This document shows positions 39,000 to 47,963 of a stretch of DNA of 64,000 nt, one piece after another (the stretch's first letter is position 1; the number at the start of each line of letters is the position of its first letter). The position numbers and the translations under genes were made by a program. The DNA is from a virus, in the IMG/VR virus record IMGVR_UViG_3300008259_004660, positions 120,825 to 184,824 of that record, one strand, 5' to 3'. Below the pieces are notes generated by a model. The model did no database searches. It was given only the letters and a program-made list of their open reading frames with translations, and was not told where the DNA came from.

Positions 39000-39490
39000 T
39001 GAAAGATACCAAACAAATCATTCGTGAACTTGTTGAAGAAGTCATAGAAGAAATGACAGCAACTGGTGCTGTTGCTGGTTATATGACTCCAGCGGCATTT
39101 CGTGGTCACAAGAGCAAAAAGAAGTCAGCTGAAAAATCAATGCCGGGAGGCAAAGTTGTTGGTAAAGAAGATACGGATGATACCACAGTAGGTGAAGGTG
39201 AAACACTTACACTTCGTCGTGATGCACACATAATGGAAGCTCGCAGTCGCTATCGCAATTTCAAAGAAAGCGACATGATGAAAAATCATGCCAAGATTTC
39301 ATACGGTATTAATCAAGCCAAGAAAATGCTTGGTGAAGTTGAATATCTGGTTGGAATCTGTGAAAGATTGAAGACAGAATGTGGATATAGCACAAATAAT
39401 TTGTGGGCACGTACTCAACCAGACATGAAAGAAATCCACAATCGTCTGAAGGAAATCGCCAAACGAATCAACAGAATGGGAAAACAATAA
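38999..39490 (+). CDS. Hypothetical protein with KQIIRELVEEVIEE motif (putative prohead core protein)
   Basis: TAATG overlap with the previous gene; EEMTATGAVAGY.TP.AF segment; C-terminal coiled coil. Confidence 0.7.
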   Translation: MKDTKQIIRELVEEVIEEMTATGAVAGYMTPAAFRGHKSKKKSAEKSMPGGKVVGKEDTDDTTVGEGETLTLRRDAHIMEARSRYRNFKESDMMKNHAKISYGINQAKKMLGEVEYLVGICERLKTECGYSTNNLWARTQPDMKEIHNRLKEIAKRINRMGKQ

Positions 39491-39494
39491 GACT

Positions 39495-40010
39495 ATGAAT
39501 CTAACCGACATTGCCAAGAAAATAATCAATGAAGACAGTTGGGGCACATTTCCATCTGCTGGTGGAAGCATGGCACCCGGTCGTTCTCCTACCGCAGTGT
39601 CTCCGGGACCAACCGCCAAAAGAGTTGACATTTCAAATCTTTACAAGAATTTCAAACTTGAGTTGGAAAAGCAAGAAGATGCACTCATTCAAAAATTTGA
39701 AGCTGATCTTAAAAAGAGCTTTTTGAAGAAAGTTGTAACTGTAAAAGCATCCAAGGGATCTGTTGGCCAAATTGAAAAGGAATATAATGTTACTGTCAAC
39801 AACATTGATGTTCGTTATATGAAAGACAAATATTATGTTGTGTTCACTGGTAAAGAAGGTAACGCATCTGAAAGTGAATATTACTTGGACGATTCTATCA
39901 TAACTGTGGATGATTCACCTGCTTCAATTTCAACCGTTGGAAGAACAGGTGGCATGTCAGTCCCAGAAGATGGCACCGCTGGAAAGAAAAACATCTTACC
40001 TCAAGGATAA
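39495..40010 (+). CDS. Hypothetical protein (MNLTDIAKKIINE N-terminus)
   Basis: 171-aa ORF tightly packed in the head operon. Confidence 0.7.
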   Translation: MNLTDIAKKIINEDSWGTFPSAGGSMAPGRSPTAVSPGPTAKRVDISNLYKNFKLELEKQEDALIQKFEADLKKSFLKKVVTVKASKGSVGQIEKEYNVTVNNIDVRYMKDKYYVVFTGKEGNASESEYYLDDSIITVDDSPASISTVGRTGGMSVPEDGTAGKKNILPQG

Positions 40011-40019
40011 TACAAACAT

Positions 40020-40646
40020 ATGAGCAAGCAACTACTAGTCGATTTTATTCCATTTGAGATTTCTCCTCAATTGTTAAGTGAAGCCAAAGCAAATCCAAAT
40101 GCACCATTGGTATTAAAGGGACCATTGCAGAAGGCTGGAGAAAAGAACCATAACGGTCGTGTATATCCACGCGAAGTATTGGAACGTGAAGTTGAAAAGT
40201 ATCAGCAAATCATCAAGGAACGTCGCGCACTTGGTGAACTTGATCACCCAGACAGTTCAGTCATCAATCTTAAGAATGTATGTCACAATGTAACAGAGTG
40301 CCATTGGGAAGGCGATACTGTTGTTGGTACAATTGAAATTCTTACTACACCAAGCGGTAACATTGCTCGCGATCTTATTCGTAACAATATCCGCATTGGT
40401 ATCAGCAGTCGTGGATTGGGCAGTGTTCGTCAAATGAACGAAAATACAGTTGAGGTTCAAGATGACTTTGAACTACTTTGCTTTGACCTTGTATCTTCGC
40501 CTTCAACACGCGGTGCATATATGAATCTTGCCGAAGGAATCAATCGTGACAAACAATTGATTGGTGGTACACAAGATCGTAAAGACATCAACAAGTATTT
40601 GAACATTGAAAATATCATTCGTGATATTCTTTCGGAAACACGTTGA
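40020..40646 (+). CDS. gp21: Prohead core protease (T4 gp21-like)
   Basis: N.NGRVYP, LGELDHP (His), GISSRGLGS (Ser), FDLVSSPST (Asp). Confidence 0.95.
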   Translation: MSKQLLVDFIPFEISPQLLSEAKANPNAPLVLKGPLQKAGEKNHNGRVYPREVLEREVEKYQQIIKERRALGELDHPDSSVINLKNVCHNVTECHWEGDTVVGTIEILTTPSGNIARDLIRNNIRIGISSRGLGSVRQMNENTVEVQDDFELLCFDLVSSPSTRGAYMNLAEGINRDKQLIGGTQDRKDINKYLNIENIIRDILSETR

Positions 40647-40650
40647 CATT

Positions 40651-40914
40651 ATGAAAATCAAACTAAGCGAAATTGCAAAGAAAGTAATGGAAACAAACAG
40701 ACCTGCACCAATCATGCTGAATGGAAAGCAAGTTGAAATGGGCTCAATCGAACTTGCGGACGTTGATCCAAGAGATTTTCCAGATTTTTCAGATGCGTAT
40801 ATCTCACACGCCGAGTATGTTGATGGAACTCCATTGACAGCTCAGGAAATTGAGCAGTTGGAAAAAGAAAATTATGGGTTGGTCAATGATCTGGCTCACG
40901 GTAACATTTTCTAA
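40651..40914 (+). CDS. Hypothetical protein (ATG 40651 preferred; MKIKLSEIAKKVME)
   Basis: ATG follows the protease stop by 4 nt; VDPRDFPDFSDAYISHAEYVDG core. Confidence 0.65.
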   Translation: MKIKLSEIAKKVMETNRPAPIMLNGKQVEMGSIELADVDPRDFPDFSDAYISHAEYVDGTPLTAQEIEQLEKENYGLVNDLAHGNIF

Positions 40915-40925
40915 CAAGTTGATAT

Positions 40926-40934
40926 ATATTTATA
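40926..40934 (+). promoter_or_regulatory. ATATTTATA upstream element
   Basis: 4 nt before ATG 40939. Confidence 0.55.
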
Positions 40935-40938
40935 AAAC

Positions 40939-41577
40939 ATGAACAACAAGATAACCAATCCACTTCTTAAGCAACTTATTTCTGAAATTGCTAGTAAAGC
41001 AAATGAAGGAAGATTTGGATACAATCTTGTAAAGGAAGCAGACGCTAAGAAAGAAGATCCATTGGGTGATATACTTGGTGGAGAAGGTGGCGGTGAAGGC
41101 GAAAAGCAAGCGGTACCATCAGCCGCTCCATCAGCTGCACCAAAGGCACAGGCAAGTAAAGACGCTGCAACTGCTCCTTCGACGGATGCTGCTGCCGATG
41201 AAGCTGGTGCAGAAGATCCAAAAGAACTAGAAGCCGACGCCGCTAAGAAAAAAGCAGAGGTTGAAAAAGCAAAAGCTGATCTTAAAAAGGCAGAAGATGA
41301 GCTTGAACAAAATGCATATATCAAATTGAAGTCAGACAGCGGCGTCAAATATATGATTGGAAAAATTATTGGACAATCATTCAAAACAAATACCATAGAT
41401 GCGTTGGCATCTGAAATGGCGCAAAAATTGAAAATAACAACTCCAAATGATGCAGATTTGTTTGAAAAAGATATGGCATTGTATAAAAGCATTCCCGGAA
41501 TGGTTGAACTAATTGCAGCCATAAAAGAATTGGCCGTGGAAGAACCAAAATCTTCAGAAGAAAAATCTCCAGAATAA
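40939..41577 (+). CDS. Ala/Glu/Lys-rich putative prohead core or internal protein
   Basis: LLKQLISE N-terminal motif, low-complexity linker, ATATTTATA 4 nt upstream. Confidence 0.65.
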   Translation: MNNKITNPLLKQLISEIASKANEGRFGYNLVKEADAKKEDPLGDILGGEGGGEGEKQAVPSAAPSAAPKAQASKDAATAPSTDAAADEAGAEDPKELEADAAKKKAEVEKAKADLKKAEDELEQNAYIKLKSDSGVKYMIGKIIGQSFKTNTIDALASEMAQKLKITTPNDADLFEKDMALYKSIPGMVELIAAIKELAVEEPKSSEEKSPE

Positions 41578-41588
41578 AATATCAATTT

Positions 41589-42041
41589 ATGAATACATTG
41601 AAACTAAGACCACTTATCGAAAATTTTCAAGCTCCTTCAGAAGCTCCAAAAAAAGAATGGACCAGTGAATTAAAGAAAGCTGCATTGGAAAATATTGGTT
41701 GTTACAATGAATATGCTCAACATCTTCATCGCGAACAAAGTTTAATGGAAATATCACATAAGCTTTCTGAAATTGTAAAGAATGCCGAAGAACTTGCATT
41801 GCACGAAACAGAAAAATCATCTACCGACGGTAAACATTGGTTTGATGAGCAAACAGTAAGAAAAAATTTCGCAAACATGACCAAGGCTATTCAAGAATTC
41901 AACAAGTATGCAAAAGAAGCACACATTCTTGAACAAAGAATGCAAGCAACATACGAAGATATTGGTCATTTACTCGAACGTTATTACGAAGTAAAGAACC
42001 TTCAAGAAGGTCAGTCCGCAGTTAGCAAAATAGCAAAATAA
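41589..42041 (+). CDS. Helical hypothetical protein (LKLRPLIE N-terminus)
   Basis: 150-aa ORF in the head operon. Confidence 0.65.
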   Translation: MNTLKLRPLIENFQAPSEAPKKEWTSELKKAALENIGCYNEYAQHLHREQSLMEISHKLSEIVKNAEELALHETEKSSTDGKHWFDEQTVRKNFANMTKAIQEFNKYAKEAHILEQRMQATYEDIGHLLERYYEVKNLQEGQSAVSKIAK

Positions 42042-42183
42042 TAAAAATATAAAATATTTTGTATTTTTCGTAAATACATATATATTTATTTATTATAAAA
42101 TGCATCATTATTTGATGCTTAGTCGGAATAAAACAATTTCTTGAAACTCTTAATAGTTTCATCAACAAAAGGATAAAACTATT

Positions 42184-43431
42184 ATGTCAGATCTACTAAA
42201 ACAAGCAATTGCCGACGCTAAAGCCGTCCGCGCAACTGCACTATCAAATGCAAAAGCTGCTCTAGAAGAGCACTTTGCACCAAAACTACAAAGCATGCTA
42301 TCTGAAAAACTAGCTGCTGAGATGGCAGAAGAAGAAGCTGCTGCTCCAGAAGCTGTTGCTGCTCCAGAAGCAACACCAGCCGATGCCGCAGTTGCTCCTG
42401 CTCCAGAAGCTGCTCCTGCTCCAGAAGCTGCTCCTGCTCCAGCAGCAGAAGCTCCAGTTGAAGAACCAGCACCTGCACTAGAAGAAGAAGAAATTGAAGA
42501 ATATCAAACTCTAGGCTCAGGACATCCTGACCCAGTTGAGAAGAGTGCTGCATTGGAAGAAGCAAAGAAAGCATCTTCAAATTACAAGGCAAAAACCAAG
42601 GGACACAAGACCGAAGATCATGGTCAAGAAGTTGTTGACGCAACAAAGTTGTCAACCGCAGGTGAACCAAAGGCAGCTGCCGACAGCCACAAAGCATCAC
42701 CTGATTATACAAAGGTGACCGCTGGACACAAAACAGAAGATCCTCAAGGCGCTTCAAATGAAGTTGTCAAATTGGAAGAATCCGATGAAATTACAGAAGA
42801 ATCATTGGATGAAATCCTAAAGGAACTTGAAAATTCAGTCAATGAAGTTGGTGGTATGGAAGAAATGGCCGCTCCTATGGAAGCAGCCGCTCCAGAAGCC
42901 AAAGAAGAAGTTGACGAAGTAATCAACCTAGATGAACTTCTATCCGAAGAAAAGGAAGAAGGCAAAAAGGAAGAAAAAGAAGAAGACGAAAAGGAAGAAG
43001 CCAACGAGTCCATCGTCAAAGAAAATCTTTCGTTGAAGAAGGAAATTGAAGAATACCGTAGCGGAATTGAATTTCTACGGAACCAGATCAATGAAATTAA
43101 CCTGCTCAATGCCAAGTTGCTCTACACGAACAAGCTGTTCAAGGGAGCTAACCTAAGCAATGAACAGAAACTGAAAGTAATCGAATCATTTGACCTCACA
43201 AAGTCCGTTCGTGAAGCCAAACTCGTTTATGCTACACTAGCAGAATCCATCAATAGCGGTGCTAAGAAAGTTGAAACTCCTGTAAAGAAGTCTTCAACCG
43301 TCAAAAACATCACCGAGGGATTGGCCAGTAAGCCAGTTGCATCGACAAAACCAACAACAGCCGCTGTTCTTACAGAAGGTGCCGACATGGCAAACCGCTT
43401 TAAGAAATTGGCCGGTATTCGTAGCAAGTAA
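42184..43431 (+). CDS. Prohead scaffold/core protein (T4 gp22-like)
   Basis: Very acidic, APEA repeats, C-terminal coiled coil ending RFKKLAGI; directly upstream of the major capsid protein. Confidence 0.85.
   Translation: MSDLLKQAIADAKAVRATALSNAKAALEEHFAPKLQSMLSEKLAAEMAEEEAAAPEAVAAPEATPADAAVAPAPEAAPAPEAAPAPAAEAPVEEPAPALEEEEIEEYQTLGSGHPDPVEKSAALEEAKKASSNYKAKTKGHKTEDHGQEVVDATKLSTAGEPKAAADSHKASPDYTKVTAGHKTEDPQGASNEVVKLEESDEITEESLDEILKELENSVNEVGGMEEMAAPMEAAAPEAKEEVDEVINLDELLSEEKEEGKKEEKEEDEKEEANESIVKENLSLKKEIEEYRSGIEFLRNQINEINLLNAKLLYTNKLFKGANLSNEQKLKVIESFDLTKSVREAKLVYATLAESINSGAKKVETPVKKSSTVKNITEGLASKPVASTKPTTAAVLTEGADMANRFKKLAGIRSK
42394..42441 (+). repeat. 18-bp tandem repeat GCTCCTGCTCCAGAAGCT (x2.7) encoding APAPEA
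   Basis: Read directly from the sequence. Confidence 0.85.
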
Positions 43432-43463
43432 AAATCAACAATCAACCTTAACAAGGAAAAAAT

Positions 43464-45080
43464 ATGTCAGACATCAAATCACTACTAACTGAGACAACCA
43501 ATCCAATGGTTAAGCTCATGAGCGAAACCCGTGGACTAGTGTCCAAATGGGAAAAGACTGGTCTTCTAGAAGGAATTAAGACCGACATGGAAAAATCACA
43601 CATGTCGATTCTTTTGGAAAACCAAGCAAAGCAACTAATCGACGAAGCTACCCGCACTGGTACTTCAGCTAACTCCGAACAATGGGCAGGCGTTGCTCTT
43701 CCATTGGTTCGCCGTGTTTTCGCTGAAATCGCCGCTAAGGAATTCGTCAGCGTTCAGCCAATGAACCTACCATCAGGTCTAGTATTCTATCTAGACTTCA
43801 AGTATGGTACCAACCAAGCTGGAAAACCAGCATTCGTAAACCAAAGCTTGTTCGGTGGAACAGGAACAAAGTTGGGTTCAACCGACAGCGCAGTCAATGG
43901 TCTATATGGCCAAGGCCGCTTCGGTTACACCATCAATGACGTTTCTGGAAGCTCAAACTTCACAGGAACAGCCACAACTGGTTCATGGTTGGATGCAAAG
44001 TTCGTTCCAGAACTATCATCATCAATCGTTGCTACCGAAATCATCAAGATCACCGTTGACATGGATCCAGACACATATGGAACCGATCTAAATGGTGCTC
44101 GCGCATTCACGATCTCTGGATCTGGAATCGTTGATTTCTACCCAGCATTCACAAGCGTTTCTGGAAACAATGTTTCGTTCATCGTTTCTGGTTCCGCAAT
44201 TGGTGCATCCCCATCCGTAAAGATCGTTTATCACAAGCAACCAGCACCAACAAGCCGTGGCGACTTCGAAGATCTCGGCGCAGGATTGCCAAATCAAACA
44301 GGTGTTGCCAATGACGTTGGAATTCCAGAAGTCAACCTAGAGTTGAAGTCCGAAGCCATCGTTGCAAAGACACGCAAGTTGAAAGCCGTCTGGACACCAG
44401 AATTGGCTCAAGACTTGAACGCATATCACTCAATCGACGCAGAAGCAGAATTGACTGCTCTATTGAGCGAATACGTTTCGATGGAAATCGACCTAGAAAT
44501 CCTCGACATGTTGGTAACAGCCGCTCCAACAGCAACAACCGAATACTGGTCAGCACGTATCGGTGACGAATATGACACAACACAAAACAAGTTCGTCGCA
44601 ACTGCTGCTAACCGTACAGCATACGTAAAGAGCACATGGTTCCAAACATTGGGCAACAAGATCCAAAAGGTCTCCAACAAGATCCACCAGTTGACACTAC
44701 GTGGTGGAGCAAACTTCCTAGTTTGCAGCCCAGACGTTGCAACCATCATCGAATCCATCCCTGGCTTCACAACCAACACAGATGGTGACCAAGCAAAGTT
44801 CGCAATGGGCGTTGCCAAGGTCGGTGCTCTAAGCAACCGTTGGACAGTATACAAGAACCCATACATGACCGACAACGTCATGTTGGTTGGTTTCCGTGGA
44901 AGCAACTTCCTAGAAACCGGCGCTGTATACGCTCCATACATCCCACTGATCCAAACACCATTGGTGTACGATCCAGTGAACTTCACACCACGCCGTGGTG
45001 TGATGACACGTTATGCAAAGAAGATGATCCGCCCAGAATTCTACGGCAAGATCGTCATCGGTGCATTGAACGAAGTCTAA
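43464..45080 (+). CDS. gp23: Major capsid protein (T4 gp23-like)
   Basis: LLENQAK, LPLVRR, VSVQPMNLPSGLVFYLDF, KTRKLKAVWTPELAQDL.AYH.IDAE.EL, YAPYIPL, GVMTRYA. Confidence 0.98.
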   Translation: MSDIKSLLTETTNPMVKLMSETRGLVSKWEKTGLLEGIKTDMEKSHMSILLENQAKQLIDEATRTGTSANSEQWAGVALPLVRRVFAEIAAKEFVSVQPMNLPSGLVFYLDFKYGTNQAGKPAFVNQSLFGGTGTKLGSTDSAVNGLYGQGRFGYTINDVSGSSNFTGTATTGSWLDAKFVPELSSSIVATEIIKITVDMDPDTYGTDLNGARAFTISGSGIVDFYPAFTSVSGNNVSFIVSGSAIGASPSVKIVYHKQPAPTSRGDFEDLGAGLPNQTGVANDVGIPEVNLELKSEAIVAKTRKLKAVWTPELAQDLNAYHSIDAEAELTALLSEYVSMEIDLEILDMLVTAAPTATTEYWSARIGDEYDTTQNKFVATAANRTAYVKSTWFQTLGNKIQKVSNKIHQLTLRGGANFLVCSPDVATIIESIPGFTTNTDGDQAKFAMGVAKVGALSNRWTVYKNPYMTDNVMLVGFRGSNFLETGAVYAPYIPLIQTPLVYDPVNFTPRRGVMTRYAKKMIRPEFYGKIVIGALNEV

Positions 45081-45106
45081 TTCTTAATAGAGTTAAACTC
45101 CTAAAC

Positions 45107-45136
45107 AAAAAGACCCGCAGAAATGCGGGTCTTTTT
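45107..45136 (+). terminator. Strong (bidirectional-type) Rho-independent terminator after the capsid gene
   Basis: AAAAAGACCCGCA-gaaa-TGCGGGTCTTTTT, 13-bp stem with GAAA tetraloop. Confidence 0.92.
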
Positions 45137-45174
45137 TATTGTATATATCATATGTATTTTTCGTACAAAATATT

Positions 45175-45966
45175 ATGAAGAAACTAAAATATTTATTGTT
45201 AAGTTTGTTAACATTGGTATCCATTTTGGTCGCCAATCCTATTGATGACAAGGCATCAAAATTTGTTTTAAATGGTGCGCCAATTAGCAAAATTACAAAA
45301 GATAATCAATATTTGATCAAAAAAGTATATGCTATTCATTACAGATATGACAAGAAAACAGCAGAGTATGTAGTAGAGCGTCCTACAAAAGAAGATATAC
45401 TTGGTGGAGCAAAAAGGCAGGATGATTTCAGACCAGATCCAGAAATACCAGAAAAGCATCAGTCAAAATTAAGCGACTATGCTGGTAATCCATATGATCG
45501 TGGTCATATGGTTCCTGCTGGAAATTCAACAAAGAATGCGGACACAATGAGTGAAAGCTTTTTTCTTTCAAACATGGTACCACAAGTTCCAAATCATAAT
45601 CGCGGAATATGGAAGCAATTGGAAACATGTGTAAGAAATTGGGTGGTTGATGAGGGTAAGGATTTATATGTTATTAGTGGTACAGCATATAATCCAGATC
45701 ATAAAACAATTGGTGAAAACAAAGTTGGGGTACCAGATTATCTTTGGAAAATTGTGATTGACGCAAAAACAAATACTTCTATATCATTTTTGTTTCCAAA
45801 TACTTCATTACCTGTTGAAGATTTACCAAAGTATATTGTTAGTATTTCAGAAATAGAAACAAAAACAGGAATTGATTTTAATCCAAAAATGCCATCAAAG
45901 CAGCAAAAGGAATTTGAAGCCAGTAAAGCGGATCAAAAGAATTGGACTGGGCTGATCAAGAAATAA
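45175..45966 (+). CDS. DNA/RNA non-specific endonuclease (Serratia-type, beta-beta-alpha-Me) with a signal peptide (ATG 45175 preferred)
   Basis: RQDDFRPDP, YDRGHMVPA, SESFFLSNMVPQ...NRGIWKQLE, VPDYLWKIV; MKKLKY-LLLSLLTLVSILVA-NP leader. Confidence 0.92.
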   Translation: MKKLKYLLLSLLTLVSILVANPIDDKASKFVLNGAPISKITKDNQYLIKKVYAIHYRYDKKTAEYVVERPTKEDILGGAKRQDDFRPDPEIPEKHQSKLSDYAGNPYDRGHMVPAGNSTKNADTMSESFFLSNMVPQVPNHNRGIWKQLETCVRNWVVDEGKDLYVISGTAYNPDHKTIGENKVGVPDYLWKIVIDAKTNTSISFLFPNTSLPVEDLPKYIVSISEIETKTGIDFNPKMPSKQQKEFEASKADQKNWTGLIKK

Positions 45967-45971
45967 AAATA

Positions 45972-46646
45972 TCAGCCACCTGATTTAAACACAGAAGCAT
46001 TCCAATTCATTCTTTTCTTAACACCCTGATTGGTTGTTGTCTTATATTCTTTATGGTTTAAATATTCCTTGGCTGCGTCTTGGAATTTATATTGGTCCAA
46101 TAGCTTCATTGTTTCTGGACCAAGATCTCCTTTTTTTCCAAACCCTCTGAATCCCGCATTTATAATTGCGATTTTGATTGTAAGAGGAAATGTATCAAAT
46201 TTCTTCATGAGTCTTTTGGCAGTATCAATTGTTCTATTAATGTCTTTGTTCAACAATTTAATAGCTTCATCATCAGTAAGTCCTTTACTGAAATCTTCGC
46301 CTTGTTGTATTTTGTGACCATATGCAATAGTATCACTGCCACCTTCTAAACTTTTATGCGGAAACCATTTTTTCAATTGCTTGTTATATCCACCTCTTGG
46401 ATTATCTTTGCTGTTTTCAAATTTCATGATTACGTTGGCCGCTTTTGATGCAACATCTTCTACCTTGGCCGTACCACTAAAATCAATATCGGGCTGCGTA
46501 TAAGGCTTTCCAGCGGCACTTGACGCTGGTTGTGCATATGCGTGTTGCGCAGGAGGCATCACAAACTTTACTGGTGGTAAATCTGCCACAGGAGCTTCAA
46601 TCAATTTTTGTTCTTTTAGTAAATCTTTTAGTTTGATGATACTCAT
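45972..46646 (-). CDS. Lysozyme-like (GH24-related) muramidase with an LKDLLKE N-terminal motif
   Basis: KFE...DTIAYGH...LTDDEAIKLLNKDI...AIINAGF...AAKEYL...R lysozyme-like pattern; the only minus-strand gene; own ATATTTATA on the minus strand. Confidence 0.7.
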   Translation of the reverse strand: MSIIKLKDLLKEQKLIEAPVADLPPVKFVMPPAQHAYAQPASSAAGKPYTQPDIDFSGTAKVEDVASKAANVIMKFENSKDNPRGGYNKQLKKWFPHKSLEGGSDTIAYGHKIQQGEDFSKGLTDDEAIKLLNKDINRTIDTAKRLMKKFDTFPLTIKIAIINAGFRGFGKKGDLGPETMKLLDQYKFQDAAKEYLNHKEYKTTTNQGVKKRMNWNASVFKSGG

Positions 46647-46652
46647 ATATAT

Positions 46653-46661
46653 TATAAATAT
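46653..46661 (-). promoter_or_regulatory. ATATTTATA upstream element on the minus strand
   Basis: Plus strand reads TATAAATAT; 6 nt before the ATG of the minus-strand lysozyme gene. Confidence 0.55.
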
Positions 46662-46723
46662 GAAGATGACCGAGTATTATGTCTCGCATAATAAATATTG
46701 CGATATAAACACGGACCATAACC

Positions 46724-46732
46724 ATATTTATA
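46724..46732 (+). promoter_or_regulatory. ATATTTATA upstream element
   Basis: 4 nt before the ATG of the neck gene. Confidence 0.55.
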
Positions 46733-46736
46733 TAAT

Positions 46737-47963
46737 ATGGCAGACACATCGATAAATTACACCGTAGATCAGGATCGCGTGAGATGGCCGGGGTCTGGTT
46801 CCGCAATCACACCCGGAAGCGGCTCAACTCCTTTTGGATTTTACGATGGTGATGCAGTTTTTCAGTTGGACGCGCCGAATGCAGCAAAATGGGCGGCAAC
46901 AAGATTGGGCTATCCAATCACCGACATTGAAATGATTGACAAAAATTTTTATGCATGTTTTGAAGAAGCATGTTTTGAATATAGCGCACAAGTAAATCAG
47001 TTTAATATTCGCAACAACATGGGTGTGTTGCAAGGAAGTTCAGCCAATGTTAATTTGACCCAAACAAATGTTGCAGCAAGTGGACTGCCACAATTGATCA
47101 GATTGGCTGAAGGATATGGAACAGAGTTTGGTGTTGGTGGAAAAGTAGATTGGAAAAAAGGATTTATACATGTTGAAGCAAAAAAGCAAACATATGATCT
47201 TCAGGCTTTGTGGGGAAATGTAAGTGAAAGTTTTGATCGTATTGAAATTCGCAGAATTTTTCATCAGATGCCACCCGCTGCTGCAAGAATTTATGATCCA
47301 TTCAGCATGACTGGTATGAGCTATAGCAATGTATTGAATGAAATGGGATTTGCTGGGTATTCTCCTGCCACACAATTTTTGATGACGCCAATCTTTGAAG
47401 ACTTGCTAAGAATGCAGGCAATTGAATTTAATGACCTTGTTAGAAAATCGGCATGGAGTTTTGAATTGGTAAACAACAAATTGAAATTATTCCCAATTCC
47501 AACATATGATTTCACGATGTATTTTGAATATCTGCTTGTGAAAGATCGCGACAGTCAGGGCATATACAATTCTGGTTCATTCTATGTTTCTGGCAGCAAC
47601 ACTGTTGTTTCATCATCTGTGATTGGAGATTATAGCAATGTGCCTTACAACAATATTCCATACACCACCATAAACAGTGTAGGTAAACAATGGATAAGAA
47701 AATATTTCCTCGCGCTTTGTAAAGAAGTGCTTGGAAGCATTCGCCAAAAGTATCAAACCATTCCAATTCCCGGAGCAGAAGTCACACTTGATGGTGGAGA
47801 ATTGCGTCAAGAAGCATCGTCTGAAAAAGAAGCATTGATTACTCAGCTAAGAGAAAATCTTGAAGCCACTGGCAGAAAAGCTCAAATGGAACTAAGAGAA
47901 GCCGAGGCACAACAACTTCAAGCAACACTCCAAAAAGTTCCGATGGGAATTTATATTGGATGA
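46737..47963 (+). CDS. Neck protein (T4 gp13-like head-tail adaptor)
   Basis: RLGYPITDIEM...CFEEA, WIRKYFLALCKE.LG..R.KY..IP.PG.EVTLDG.ELRQEA. Confidence 0.8.
   Translation: MADTSINYTVDQDRVRWPGSGSAITPGSGSTPFGFYDGDAVFQLDAPNAAKWAATRLGYPITDIEMIDKNFYACFEEACFEYSAQVNQFNIRNNMGVLQGSSANVNLTQTNVAASGLPQLIRLAEGYGTEFGVGGKVDWKKGFIHVEAKKQTYDLQALWGNVSESFDRIEIRRIFHQMPPAAARIYDPFSMTGMSYSNVLNEMGFAGYSPATQFLMTPIFEDLLRMQAIEFNDLVRKSAWSFELVNNKLKLFPIPTYDFTMYFEYLLVKDRDSQGIYNSGSFYVSGSNTVVSSSVIGDYSNVPYNNIPYTTINSVGKQWIRKYFLALCKEVLGSIRQKYQTIPIPGAEVTLDGGELRQEASSEKEALITQLRENLEATGRKAQMELREAEAQQLQATLQKVPMGIYIG

Noticed and set aside
23335-40650. Upstream starts given by the ORF track at 23335, 27247 and 40606 (likewise 1753 and 45139 outside this span)
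   Set aside because: They overlap the previous gene or precede a clear domain or signal-peptide start; downstream ATGs at 23389, 27280, 40651, 1768 and 45175 fit better
40911-43115. Antisense ORFs such as 40911-41585, 42218-42757 and 42744-43115, plus 37263-37673 opposite the portal tail
   Set aside because: They mirror low-complexity Ala/Glu/Gly-rich sense genes and have no independent start signals or motifs
44426-44986. 186-aa antisense ORF inside the capsid gene
   Set aside because: Expected by-product of the strong codon bias of the capsid gene; no recognisable motif
34359-45080. Inteins or group I introns in terminase, portal or capsid genes
   Set aside because: Core motifs are contiguous at ordinary lengths; no splice-junction or LAGLIDADG/HNH insert seen
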